DNA of 64,000 bases from Fidelibacterota bacterium. Lineage in GTDB: Bacteria > Fidelibacterota > UBA2242. Within the stretch, counting starts at the first letter, position 1; each line of letters opens with the position of its first letter. Both the position numbers and the translations under genes were made by a program. Location: contig DAOTJS010000005.1 in assembly GCA_035448825.1 (NCBI GenBank), positions 6,096-70,095 on the forward strand, given 5' to 3'. The notes beneath the pieces are model-generated. The model had not been told where the DNA came from. It did no database searches and saw nothing but the letters and a program-made list of their open reading frames with translations. Positions 8,541 through 18,180 of the stretch are shown here, piece by piece.

Positions 8541-10214
8541 TTATAAAACGATTGATTCCTGGTATTCGCCGAATTCCTGGCGCAGAATGCCACAGATTTC
8601 GCCCAGTGTGGCATATTCCTTAACGGCGGCGAGAATGGGAGGCATAAGATTCTGCTCCGTTCGGCGCGCAGTTTCTCGTAAAAGTTCAAGTTTTTCCTTA
8701 ACTGCTTGATTGTTGCGTTGTTTTTTGACAGCGTTAGTTTTTTGGATTTGGATGCGCTGAAGTTCGGAATCAACTTTTAATAAATTTTTCGGTGTTTCTT
8801 CGTCGATGGTGAATTTATTGACGCCGACGATGATGCGCTCGTTGCTTTCGATTTCTTTCTGGTAGCGATAAGCCGCATCCTGGATTTCTTTCTGGATAAA
8901 GCCCTTTTCAATAGCTGGAATCATCCCGCCAATGGCTTCAATTTGATCGAGATATTGCCAGACTTCGCTTTCGATCTGATCGGTAAGATTCTCAATCAAA
9001 TAGGAGCCGCCCAGCGGATCAACTGAGTTAGTCACGCCGGATTCGTAGGCGACAATTTGCTGAGTGCGCAGGGCAATACGCACGGAATCTTCGGATGGTA
9101 AAGCCAGAGCTTCGTCGCGGGAATTGGTGTGTAGGCTCTGGGTGCCGCCGAGCACTGCCGCTAATGTCTGAATCGCAACCCGCACGATATTATTATCCGG
9201 CTGTTGGGCAGTGAGAGTACTGCCGGCAGTTTGTGTATGAAAGCGCAACATTTGCGATTTCGGATTCTGGGCGTGGAATTTATCGCGCATAATTTTAGCC
9301 CAGATGCGTCTTGCCGCACGGAATTTGGCGACTTCTTCCAATAAATCATTATGAGCATTGAAAAAAAATGAAAGCCGGTCGGCAAAACTATCAACGTCCA
9401 TACCGGCGTTCAAAGCGGCTTTGACATATTCAATGCCATCGGCCAGAGTGAAAGCAACTTCCTGGACGGCAGTTGCACCGGCTTCGCGAATGTGATAGCC
9501 GGAAATACTAATAGTGTTCCATTTCGGGACTTCGCGAGCGCAAAATTCAAAAATATTAGTAATCAAACGCAGAGACGGCTTGGGCGGGAAAATATAGGTG
9601 CCGCGGGCGATGTATTCTTTCAGAATGTCATTCTGAATCGTGCCATCGAGTTGGTCGAATCTGACTCCTTGTTTTTCAGCTACTGCGAGGTACATTGCCA
9701 GTAAAATTGCGGCAGGAGCATTAATGGTCATCGAGGTGGAAACTTTATCCAAAGGGATACCGTCGAAAAGTATCTCCATATCGCGCAGAGTATCAATCGC
9801 TACGCCGACTTTGCCGACTTCCCCTTCGCTATGCGGATCGTCGGAGTCATAGCCGATTTGAGTCGGCAAATCGAAAGCGATTGATAAGCCGGTTTGCCCC
9901 TGACCGAGCAGAAATTTATAACGCCGGTTGGATTCTTCAGCCGTTCCGAACCCGGCGTACTGCCGCATAGTCCAGAGACGACCACGATACATCGTGGGCT
10001 GAACGCCGCGCGTGAATGGAAATTCCCCGGGGAAGCCAAGTTTTTCCAGATACTCATCGTCGGTAGTAATTTCTGGCAGAGCCGTGCGTTCGACCGGCAA
10101 CCATGAGCCTGTGGTGAATTCGGTTTTCCTTTCCGGATTGCGAGAAATGACTTTTTTGAGAGTAGTCTCTTCCCACTTTTTACGCTGTGCGTTTATTTTA
10201 TCAGAGGTTGGCAT
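8541..10214 (-). CDS. methylmalonyl-CoA mutase, catalytic (TIM-barrel) large subunit
   Basis: 557 aa: [24 protein letters not shown], and the substrate-barrel region. The split large/small architecture is present. Confidence 0.93.
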   Translation of the reverse strand: MPTSDKINAQRKKWEETTLKKVISRNPERKTEFTTGSWLPVERTALPEITTDDEYLEKLGFPGEFPFTRGVQPTMYRGRLWTMRQYAGFGTAEESNRRYKFLLGQGQTGLSIAFDLPTQIGYDSDDPHSEGEVGKVGVAIDTLRDMEILFDGIPLDKVSTSMTINAPAAILLAMYLAVAEKQGVRFDQLDGTIQNDILKEYIARGTYIFPPKPSLRLITNIFEFCAREVPKWNTISISGYHIREAGATAVQEVAFTLADGIEYVKAALNAGMDVDSFADRLSFFFNAHNDLLEEVAKFRAARRIWAKIMRDKFHAQNPKSQMLRFHTQTAGSTLTAQQPDNNIVRVAIQTLAAVLGGTQSLHTNSRDEALALPSEDSVRIALRTQQIVAYESGVTNSVDPLGGSYLIENLTDQIESEVWQYLDQIEAIGGMIPAIEKGFIQKEIQDAAYRYQKEIESNERIIVGVNKFTIDEETPKNLLKVDSELQRIQIQKTNAVKKQRNNQAVKEKLELLRETARRTEQNLMPPILAAVKEYATLGEICGILRQEFGEYQESIVL

Positions 10215-10592
10215 AGAGAGCTCCTGATTAACTATTATTTAGACCGGTTATGGTATGGAGAAGAAATGGTTGTTTTGTGAGCGACATTGATGTTACATCT
10301 CGCTGTCAAATTGACTTAAAAAATTAAAGAGGAATTGCGAGAAAAACAAGATGACTTATAACCTAGGTTTTACTTCAAATTTCTTGATTTTGTGACAGGT
10401 ACCGAGTCAGATTTGAGAATCTGAGATAACTATTATGTTTCTGAAATAAGTCCGCAGGTTTTCCTTCGCCCGACCTCGTTGTCGGACTTTTTTTACATTG
10501 ATGTTATTTCAAGGTTTTTCCCGCCTATGTAATTCTGAACCTGCCACTGGTGGGGGAAGAACTGCTTGAGTTCTTCCGCATGGACTATAGCG

Positions 10593-10660
10593 ATCCTTCC
10601 GAAAGTCTAACGAAAGTTTAACTTTTAAGGTTGACTGCTCCATCCGACTTTCGGAAGGAT
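10593..10660. repeat. REPIN-like inverted REP doublet (CCTTCNGAA family)
   Basis: ATCCTTCCGAAAGTC (10593-10607) and GACTTTCGGAAGGAT (10646-10660) are perfect 15-nt reverse complements separated by 38 nt. It lies about 85 nt downstream of the fhs stop. Confidence 0.8.
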
Positions 10661-10744
10661 GACCCCCATTGGATGTTGGATAAATTATTGTAGTAATTAA
10701 GACAAGGGAAGATATTGTAATTTCGATTAAAATCGCAGATGGTA

Positions 10745-12409
10745 TTAAAACAATCCAGAAATATTACCTTCGTCATCAATAGTAACGTTCTCAGCGACTG
10801 GTTTAGTCGGCAAGCCGGGCATCAATAGCATATTGCCGGTCACAGGCACTAAAAAACCAGCTCCGGCGGAAATTCCGATTTGTCTTATACTGACTGTATA
10901 ATTGCGCGGTCTTCCGATGAGATTTGGATTGTCGGAAAGGCTATTTTGGGTTTTGGCGATGCAGATTGGCAGATTCTCGAGGCCGAGGTTTTTAATTTGT
11001 TGCAAATCGGCGCGAGCCTCCGGGGTAAATTCGACTTCTTCGGCGCCATAAATCTTTTGGCAAACGGTATTAACTTTTTCAATCACTGGTGTATCCAGTT
11101 CGTATAATGGCGTAAAATGCCGATCATTTTGTGCGATTTCGGTGACTTTCTCAGCCAGTTCAATCGCACCGGCGCTTCCTTTTTCGAATGAATCCACGAC
11201 CGCGACCGAGTAGCCTCTGGACGCCACCAATTCTTTTAATAGACTAATTTCCGCCTCAGTATCGGTGGCAAATCGGTTTAAAGCCACGATTCCCGGGATG
11301 CCGAAGTAAGCGAGGTCCTCGAGATGTTTTTCTAAATTTTCAAAACCTTTTCGAATGGCTTCAAGGTCAGGAATATCCAGCTCGGATTTAGATTTACCGC
11401 CGTGCATCTTGAGTGCCCGAACCGTAGCCACTAACACGACTGCCTGTGGATTAAGACCGTTCATTCGGCAGACAATATCGAAAAATTTCTCACCGCCGAG
11501 ATCGAACCCAAAACCGGCTTCTGTAACGACGAAATCTGCCAATCCAGCCGCCATCTTCATAGACATTATCGAGCAAGTTCCCTGCGCAATATTGGCAAAC
11601 GGTCCACCATGCACAAAAGCCGGAGTTCCTTCGCTGGTCTGTACCAGGTTGGGTTTCAAGGGCTCTTTTAATAAAGATGCAACCGCTCCGGTAATTTTTA
11701 AATCGCCTAAACACACCGGCTCGCTGTCGTAAGTATAGCCCAGAATGATGTGTTTAAGTTTTTCTTGCATTTCGGAATACGATTTCACCAAGCAGAGAAT
11801 CGCCATAATTTCGGAAGCGGCGGTTATAATGAATCCCGTCTCACGAGGAATTCCATTAGATTTGCCGCCCAAACCAACGATGATGTTTCGTAAAGCCCGG
11901 TCATTCATATCCATAACCCGTGGCCAGGTAACCCGCCGCGGATCAATTAAAGGCTCCTTGCGACGGAAAATGTGATTATCAAGACAGGCGGCAATCAAGT
12001 TGTGAGCGGCAGTTACGGCATGTATATCACCCGTAAAATGAATATTGATCTCTTCGACTGGAAGTACTTTGGCTTTGCCGGCGCCGGTCGCGCCGCCCTT
12101 CATACCAAAAAGTGGTCCCAAGGATGGTTCCCTCAGTGTAACAATCGCACTTTTACCAATGCGGTTCAATCCCATTGCCAGACTGATTGCTACGGTTGTC
12201 TTACCTTCACCAGCCGGGGTTGGCGTCATAGCCGAGACCAGAATTAATTTATTTTTAGCGTTGGGAGGGAGCTGATTGAAGTAACTCAGTTTGATTTTGG
12301 CTTTGTAATCACCATATAAATCCATTGCTTCGGGAGGGATTCCAATTTTTTCCGCAATTTGGCGAATTGGGACAAGACCTGCTGAAGCCATCGAAGATTC
12401 ATTGACCAT
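10745..12409 (-). CDS. fhs: formate--tetrahydrofolate ligase
   Basis: 554 aa with PTPAGEGKTT and other Fhs-typical blocks along the full length. Confidence 0.95.
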   Translation of the reverse strand: MVNESSMASAGLVPIRQIAEKIGIPPEAMDLYGDYKAKIKLSYFNQLPPNAKNKLILVSAMTPTPAGEGKTTVAISLAMGLNRIGKSAIVTLREPSLGPLFGMKGGATGAGKAKVLPVEEINIHFTGDIHAVTAAHNLIAACLDNHIFRRKEPLIDPRRVTWPRVMDMNDRALRNIIVGLGGKSNGIPRETGFIITAASEIMAILCLVKSYSEMQEKLKHIILGYTYDSEPVCLGDLKITGAVASLLKEPLKPNLVQTSEGTPAFVHGGPFANIAQGTCSIMSMKMAAGLADFVVTEAGFGFDLGGEKFFDIVCRMNGLNPQAVVLVATVRALKMHGGKSKSELDIPDLEAIRKGFENLEKHLEDLAYFGIPGIVALNRFATDTEAEISLLKELVASRGYSVAVVDSFEKGSAGAIELAEKVTEIAQNDRHFTPLYELDTPVIEKVNTVCQKIYGAEEVEFTPEARADLQQIKNLGLENLPICIAKTQNSLSDNPNLIGRPRNYTVSIRQIGISAGAGFLVPVTGNMLLMPGLPTKPVAENVTIDDEGNISGLF

Positions 12410-12452
12410 AACGCGCCTTTATTAGTTAATTAATTTAATCAACGGCTATATG

Positions 12453-13004
12453 TTAACTAAATTTATTTAAATAAACAAAATTTTCGAGAGGCAAGCGCGC
12501 CGGTCGTTCTTTTTCGGCTAATTTTTGATAATCGCTTAAAATTGGATCAATTTCATCCGCTTGTTTACCGATATTTATGAGAGCAATTACCTGGTATTCA
12601 GTGGGAATATTCAAAGCCTCCTTGACTTTATCCTCATCGTAACCGGCAATGGGATGGGCGACCAATCCCATTTCGGTTGCGCGCAGGATGAGAGCCGCAG
12701 TCGCCATTCCGGTGTCGAATAGATAATATTCTCGATCTTTGATGACGCAGTCGAGGTCTTTTTTGGAGAAAACTGCGACAATCAGCGAAGCCTTTTTAGC
12801 CCATTCGTTGCCCTTGTTAAGAGCTGAATGCAGATTGGTCAATTGTTCTTTATCATAAACAAAAACGAAACGCCAGGGTTGCTTATTAAAACAAGATGGC
12901 ATTAATCGGGCACTTTCTGCTAAATCCTTTATCAACGGCGGAGTAATTTCAACCGGCGCCAGCGAGCGCGTGGCACGGCGTTTTTCTAAAATATCTTTCA
13001 GCAT
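12453..13004 (-). CDS. nitroreductase family protein
   Basis: 183 aa: RRATRSL..NKQPWRFVFV... The size and pattern fit the NfnB/NAD(P)H-flavin nitroreductase fold. Confidence 0.75.
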   Translation of the reverse strand: MLKDILEKRRATRSLAPVEITPPLIKDLAESARLMPSCFNKQPWRFVFVYDKEQLTNLHSALNKGNEWAKKASLIVAVFSKKDLDCVIKDREYYLFDTGMATAALILRATEMGLVAHPIAGYDEDKVKEALNIPTEYQVIALINIGKQADEIDPILSDYQKLAEKERPARLPLENFVYLNKFS

Positions 13005-13104
13005 AATAAATCTCCCTTCCTTAATCTTTTGTATTTTGACTTGTTTTGCACGCCTTTCAATGTTTATCTTTAGAGAAGATAATGAATTAAATTGTTACAG
13101 AGCG

Positions 13105-14247
13105 ATGACCGGTAAAAACAAAAATATCAGGCTTTCAATTATTTACTTATCTTTAATCGGTTTATTCTCCAAACCGGTTATTGCCAACGAATGGCAGGAA
13201 CAGAAAATTCAGCAAGCCCTGTTCGAAATGTATAATTTGAATAACGTCGCCGCGCACCAGCATTTTAAAGAAGTATTAAATAGCCAACCGTTTCACCCAT
13301 TGGCGCCGATGGCGGAAGTGGCAACCGACTGGTTGAAAAATCAGGAGGAATTGGGTTATAAGGAGGGCAATCGAATCCTGGCGGCGCGGATTGACTCCGT
13401 TTTGGCAATTTACCGCGATAAATTGAAAGCCGACTCGCGTAACGGCGAGCTGGAATTCTATTATGGTTGCACTTACGGTTTAAAAGCCCGACTGTCGCTC
13501 GGTGAAAAAGATTACCTGGGTGTCTTGATTAATGGCTACAATGCAGTGCGCTATATCAAGGCGGCGGAACGTCATCAACCCGATTTCATCGAGCTTCAAA
13601 TACCTTTTGGTGTTTTCAATTATTATGTCGGCATTTCGCGGGGTTATATGCAAATCGCCTCGTGGATTATGAATACATCGGGGAGCAAAGAGGACGGGTT
13701 AGCACAGATGAGCTATGCCGCCCATAATGCGCGTTATAGTTGTTACGAAGCACGCAGTATTCTGGCAATGGTGACTTTATATTTCGAAGGTGACTATGAG
13801 TCCACTCTCTATAATGCGGAGATGATGGCGTCCGACTTCCCCAATAATCCGTATTATAATTACCTGGCTGGAGAGGCGCTAATTCAAATGGGGCGTTACG
13901 CCGATGCCGAGAAGCAGATTAAGCGAATCCAACAATTACTGCCGAAATTAAAGCCCAAAACGCAACAGGAGTATTGGTCAAAATTACACCAGTTACAGGG
14001 CAGTCTGGCGCTTAAAAAGGGTGATTTAGCGACGGCTGAGAAGGAACTTAGGGCGGTAATTGATAATTACGACCAGGAAATGGATGTTCAATTAGGATTT
14101 GCGCTTCTTAGATTGGGCAATGTCTATGACTTAACCGGTCGGCGGGAATTAGCGATTCAATGTTACCGGCGAGCGTCTGGATTGAAGAACCGCTCGCAAG
14201 CCTGTAAATTAGCCGAACTGTATTTGAAAACACCCTATACGCAATAG
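13105..14247 (+). CDS. secreted TPR-repeat protein
   Basis: I prefer the ATG at 13105 (MTGKNKNIRLSIIYLSLIGLFSKPVIANE, which looks like a signal peptide). The ORF-track start at 12970 overlaps the nitroreductase gene. The C-terminal half has TPR-like helices. Confidence 0.6.
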   Translation: MTGKNKNIRLSIIYLSLIGLFSKPVIANEWQEQKIQQALFEMYNLNNVAAHQHFKEVLNSQPFHPLAPMAEVATDWLKNQEELGYKEGNRILAARIDSVLAIYRDKLKADSRNGELEFYYGCTYGLKARLSLGEKDYLGVLINGYNAVRYIKAAERHQPDFIELQIPFGVFNYYVGISRGYMQIASWIMNTSGSKEDGLAQMSYAAHNARYSCYEARSILAMVTLYFEGDYESTLYNAEMMASDFPNNPYYNYLAGEALIQMGRYADAEKQIKRIQQLLPKLKPKTQQEYWSKLHQLQGSLALKKGDLATAEKELRAVIDNYDQEMDVQLGFALLRLGNVYDLTGRRELAIQCYRRASGLKNRSQACKLAELYLKTPYTQ

Positions 14248-14597
14248 TAGGTCGAGGTCGAGGTTGAGGTCGAGGTCAAGGTCACTCTTCGATGGACTCA
14301 GAGTGACATTTCTTATCCGTCATCCTGAGCCTGTCGAAGGATGAGGTTATCGGAAAACTACTGGTCGAGTTGCCAACTCGACCTACATATTCTCTTTTCT
14401 CGACCTTAACCTTGACCTCTTTTCCGTGCCTTTGTGTCTTTGTCCCGCCGAGCGGGACTCTCTCAACAGAGACTCCTCCGGAGCTTGCAAATAATTCGTG
14501 GGCTATTCTTAACCGGTAACTTGTAACCTGTTACCCTGCCTGCTTGCGCAGTCAGGCAGGCTGTATCCTCTCAGCCTCGACCTCGACCTCCGCCTCA
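14247..14597. repeat. hairpin mosaic flanked by (GGTCGA)n / (TCGACC)n hexamer arrays
   Basis: GTAGG followed by 5.7 copies of GGTCGA-like hexamers (14250-14283). Reverse-orientation hexamers lie at 14398-14419 and 14574-14595. At least seven separate hairpins lie in between (stems at 14281/14300, 14320/14338, 14363/14375, 14442/14452, 14473/14480, 14515/14530, 14535/14553). Confidence 0.85.
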
Positions 14598-15731
14598 GCC
14601 CGTTGCCTTTCTTACGCCAAGTCCCGGTCTATCTGCAGGGAACTGTCGGCCATCCTTGAAAATCACACCGCTGAAAGGATCATTCGAAATTAATAGATTA
14701 CCATCTAGGTCAGCGTAATCAATTAGTGAACAAAGTTGCGCCGCGGCTGAGATGGCAACTGAACTTTCGATCATACAACCGATCATAATTTTCAAACCAA
14801 GTGATTTAGCCAGCCAGACCATTCGCAGGGCTTCCTGAAGGCCGCCGGCTTTCATCAGTTTGATATTGATGCCATCGAAAACCTCGGCTAATTTAGGAAT
14901 ATCGGAAGCAGTCTTGACGGCTTCATCGGCGATAATCGGAATGTCAATTCGGTCACGAATCCAGCGAGTTTCTTCCAGCATTTCGGCCGGCATAGGTTGC
15001 TCAACCAGCTCGACGCCATTTTTCGCTAACCATTCGATTTTACGAATAGCGATTTCCTTGTCTTTCCAGCCTTCGTTGGCGTCAACCCGGATGGGTTTAT
15101 CCGGTGCGACACTGCGCACGGTGGTGACCATCTCCTCATCGTTTGAGCCTCCGACTTTGATTTTGAGAATTTTAAAAGGCTCGGCTTCGCGCGTTTTCTG
15201 TTTGACAATTTCCGCCGTGTCAATGCCAATTGTAAAGGAGGTCAGCGGGGCTTTGTTAGGATCGAGTCCCCAGAATTTATAAAGCGGGAGGTTGAGAGAC
15301 TTGCCAATCCAGTCCATTAAAGCCAGATCAATGGCGCATTTGCCGGCAGTCTGGCCGGACTCGATTGCTTGCAGCTCGAGGCTAAATTGGGCAAATTCCC
15401 AGGGATTGAGTTTTTCGATTAACGGTGTGGCTTTTTTAATCAGTGTGATAGTTGATTCCGGGGTTTCATCATAGCGAGTATTCGGTGCGGCTTCGCCGAT
15501 GCCGGTGACGCCGTCCTTTTCGAGATAGACAAAGACATTATTCTTGACGTCACCAGAGTTGCGTGAAATTGTCCAGGTATGTTTCAATTTCAAAGTCTTG
15601 ATTTCGTAATGTACTTTCATACCTGCATCTGTAGTTTTGGTTTTTAATTGAGGGAAAAGGGGAAAAGCCTGAGCTATGCGCGCGACGGCGGCAGTGACGC
15701 CTAAAGTACCGATAAATTCGCGTCGTTTCAT
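14595..15731 (-). CDS. dipeptide epimerase (enolase superfamily, L-Ala-D/L-Glu epimerase-like) with a Tat signal peptide
   Basis: 378 aa. The N-terminus MKRREFIGTLGVTAAVARIAQA has a twin-arginine motif. KIKVGG, RVDANEGW, EQP and ADE blocks fit the MLE-subgroup epimerases. Confidence 0.75.
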   Translation of the reverse strand: MKRREFIGTLGVTAAVARIAQAFPLFPQLKTKTTDAGMKVHYEIKTLKLKHTWTISRNSGDVKNNVFVYLEKDGVTGIGEAAPNTRYDETPESTITLIKKATPLIEKLNPWEFAQFSLELQAIESGQTAGKCAIDLALMDWIGKSLNLPLYKFWGLDPNKAPLTSFTIGIDTAEIVKQKTREAEPFKILKIKVGGSNDEEMVTTVRSVAPDKPIRVDANEGWKDKEIAIRKIEWLAKNGVELVEQPMPAEMLEETRWIRDRIDIPIIADEAVKTASDIPKLAEVFDGINIKLMKAGGLQEALRMVWLAKSLGLKIMIGCMIESSVAISAAAQLCSLIDYADLDGNLLISNDPFSGVIFKDGRQFPADRPGLGVRKATG

Positions 15732-15908
15732 TTCGATCCTGCTAAAATTTGAATCTGATAACGCCTCAATTTAATCTCTTTGCGAAACTGAGCAAAGTTC
15801 TTTTGGTATAAATATTTCGACCTGAAGCTTGCGTCATAATTGGAAATGTCATAAAATCAGTCAAATTTATGTTGCAATTAATTTTCAATTCATCGGAGGA
15901 TTTACCAG

Positions 15909-17126
15909 ATGGAAGAAGTTCGCTTTAAAGTTTATCCTTATCGCTGGGTCGTGCTGATTGCTTTTATGATTGTTATTGCGGTGAATCAGCTTTGCTGGAT
16001 TACATTTGCGCCAATCACCGGCCGGGCGGCGCAATTTTACGGTGTTTCCGACCTTAGTATTGGTTTATTATCTATGATTTTTATGATAGTGTATATCGTT
16101 ATTTCGATTCCGGCTTCCTGGATTATTGACACGTACGGAATTAAAATCGCAGTCGGGATCGGTGCCGCCTTAACCGGAATATTCGGTTTAATGCGCGGTT
16201 GGCTGGCGACGAGCTATCAATATGTGCTTATTGCCCAGATTGGACTCGCCATTGGTCAGCCATTTATTTTGAATGCCATTACGAAAGTTGCGGCACGCTG
16301 GTTTCCAATTGAGGAGCGCGCGACGGCTTCCGGTTTGGGTTCGCTGGCAATGTATGTCGGCATCATAATCGGTATGGCATTGACGCCGTATCTGACGATT
16401 CAGGCCGGAATCGAAGGCACATTGTTGCTATATGGGATTGTTTCAGTTATCGGGACTATTATCTTTTTCGTTCTGGTGAGGGAACATCCGCCGACGCCGC
16501 CCTGTCCGGCCGGTCAGGAGGAACGGGCTTTGGTTTTCGATGGCTTGAAGCAAATGCTGAAAATGAAAGAATTTCAGCGACTGATGCTGGTATTTTTCAT
16601 CGGGCTCGGAGTTTTCAACGGAGTAACGACCTGGATCGAGAATATTGTCCGTCCGCGCGGTTTTTCGATTACTCAAGCCGGCTTGACTGGTGGTCTAATG
16701 ATTATCGGCGGGATAATCGGGGCGGTAATCGTTCCAATGCTTTCCGATCGGGTGCGGAAAAGAGTGCCGTTTATCATTCTGGCATTGGTGGGAGCAACGC
16801 TGGGATTTATCGGTGTTACGTTCGCTCCTATGTATTGGTTATTATTGACTTCGGCTTTCGTGATGGGGTTTTTCCTGTTGGGTGTTGGCCCGCTAGGATT
16901 TCAATACGGGGCGGAAATTTCCTACCCGGCTCCGGAAGGAACCTCGAACGGATTATTGTTGCTGATGGGACAAATATCAGGGGTGCTGTTCATTTTCGGA
17001 ATGGATGGTTTGAAATCACCCCAGACCGATTCGATGACTATCCCGCTAGTAATTTTAATTGGTCTGATGGTTTTATGTACCTTGCTCAGCCTTAAACTGA
17101 AAGAATCGAATTTACTGCGAAAATAA
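15909..17126 (+). CDS. MFS transporter
   Basis: 405 aa with about 12 predicted TM helices and an MFS-like loop between the helices. Confidence 0.8.
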   Translation: MEEVRFKVYPYRWVVLIAFMIVIAVNQLCWITFAPITGRAAQFYGVSDLSIGLLSMIFMIVYIVISIPASWIIDTYGIKIAVGIGAALTGIFGLMRGWLATSYQYVLIAQIGLAIGQPFILNAITKVAARWFPIEERATASGLGSLAMYVGIIIGMALTPYLTIQAGIEGTLLLYGIVSVIGTIIFFVLVREHPPTPPCPAGQEERALVFDGLKQMLKMKEFQRLMLVFFIGLGVFNGVTTWIENIVRPRGFSITQAGLTGGLMIIGGIIGAVIVPMLSDRVRKRVPFIILALVGATLGFIGVTFAPMYWLLLTSAFVMGFFLLGVGPLGFQYGAEISYPAPEGTSNGLLLLMGQISGVLFIFGMDGLKSPQTDSMTIPLVILIGLMVLCTLLSLKLKESNLLRK

Positions 17127-17271
17127 AGTGAAAGAATCTACCGATTAAAAACCGATTATGAGACTTTTTAATATCAATTATCTCATAAATGGCAAAATTT
17201 TTGCTCTTATTAACATTGAGTTGTAATTTATCGCGTGATATTTTAAATAAAGAAAAAAGAAAGGAGACATT

Positions 17272-17709
17272 ATGAAAAAGTTAGTCTTAAGTGTAGTAGT
17301 TGTGATGTTTTTAATGGCCAGTTTAAGTTATGGATTTGGTCTGGGTATTATGCTCGGTGAACCTTCTGGTTTAAGTGGCAAATATTGGATGAGTGAAAAG
17401 AATGCTATCGCTGGTGGATTGACCTGGTCGTTGAGTCACGATTATTTGCATGTGCATGCGGATTATCTCATTCATAACCTTAACTTGATTAATGTTGGTG
17501 GCACTGTTCTTCCATTTTATTATGGATTGGGTGCAGGTCTTGGTTTCGGCGATGATATCCATCTTGGGGCGCGGATTCCGGTTGGAATTGAATATTTCTT
17601 TGCCGATCGGAAATTTGACGTCTTTTTTGAATTGGTTCCAGTAGTAGGTTTACTGCCTGATTTTGGTTTTGGGGTTAGTGGCGCAATCGGCCTGAGATAT
17701 AATTTCTAA
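17272..17709 (+). CDS. small glycine-rich outer-membrane beta-barrel-like protein
   Basis: 145 aa with a signal peptide, alternating hydrophobic pattern and C-terminal ..GLRYNF. GAAAGGAG lies upstream of the ATG. Confidence 0.55.
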   Translation: MKKLVLSVVVVMFLMASLSYGFGLGIMLGEPSGLSGKYWMSEKNAIAGGLTWSLSHDYLHVHADYLIHNLNLINVGGTVLPFYYGLGAGLGFGDDIHLGARIPVGIEYFFADRKFDVFFELVPVVGLLPDFGFGVSGAIGLRYNF

Positions 17710-17737
17710 CAGGCGATTACAAATATTTATGAAAAAT

Positions 17738-17770
17738 AGCCGGAGGATAAATTCCTTCGGCTTTTTTTTT
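17738..17770 (+). terminator. intrinsic terminator
   Basis: AGCCGGAGG-ATAAATT-CCTTCGGCT stem-loop followed by a run of 9 T. Confidence 0.8.
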
Positions 17771-17814
17771 ATATTCTATTATTGAGAATCTAAATATCGG
17801 TTAAGTTTTTCTGC

Positions 17815-18180
17815 ATGAACATTAAAAGTAAGGTATTGTTAATTATTACCATTTCTTTAATAAGTGGTTGTTCGCCAAATCAAGGTCAGCTGACGATTGT
17901 GGATAATGGTGTAATAACCTGGCAATCCGAAACCGGCGAGAAAATCGTGACGCGATTTTATTCCTTATCGGATAGTAGTCTGGAATTCGTCAAAGTGATT
18001 CTGCCGAATGGCGAAGAATACACATTGCCACAGGTTGTATCTGCTTCGGGTGTGCGCTATACCGATGAACGGGAAATCGTGTTCTGGATGAAAGGCGAGA
18101 CGGCGTTTGTCCAGCATCGCGCCCTGGATGGCGAATGGCAGATTTTGTATGATAACTGCCGGATGATTTCAAAACGGTAA
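17815..18180 (+). CDS. MliC-family lipoprotein (lysozyme inhibitor-like)
   Basis: 121 aa with lipobox LISGC. SASGVRYTDEREIVFWMKGETAFV resembles the MliC SGxxY..W.KG.EA motif. Confidence 0.6.
   Translation: MNIKSKVLLIITISLISGCSPNQGQLTIVDNGVITWQSETGEKIVTRFYSLSDSSLEFVKVILPNGEEYTLPQVVSASGVRYTDEREIVFWMKGETAFVQHRALDGEWQILYDNCRMISKR

Noticed and set aside
10515-10562. Cobalamin-riboswitch-like fragments (CCCGCCTATGTAA, GCCACTGG, GGGGAAG, ACCTGCC) next to the B12-dependent mutase operon.
   Set aside because: The fragments are on the plus strand, while both neighbouring genes are on the minus strand. The GGTG..AAA..CC element and a proper B12 box are missing. The pieces overlap each other instead of following the consensus order. 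An Rfam RF00174 covariance-model scan would settle it.
12970-13104. Longer ORF-track starts: 12970 (TPR protein), 25917 (GH43), 27600 (GH39), 37504 (argR), 56389 (murF) and 44914 (rpmB).
   Set aside because: The extensions overlap neighbouring genes or non-homologous sequence. Internal Met codons give proper signal peptides or family-typical N-termini, and better RBS spacing where an RBS exists.
14250-14283. The hexamer repeat GGTCGA x5.7 as a coding low-complexity tail of the TPR protein.
   Set aside because: It begins after the in-frame TAG at 14245-14247. No ORF in the six-frame track covers it.
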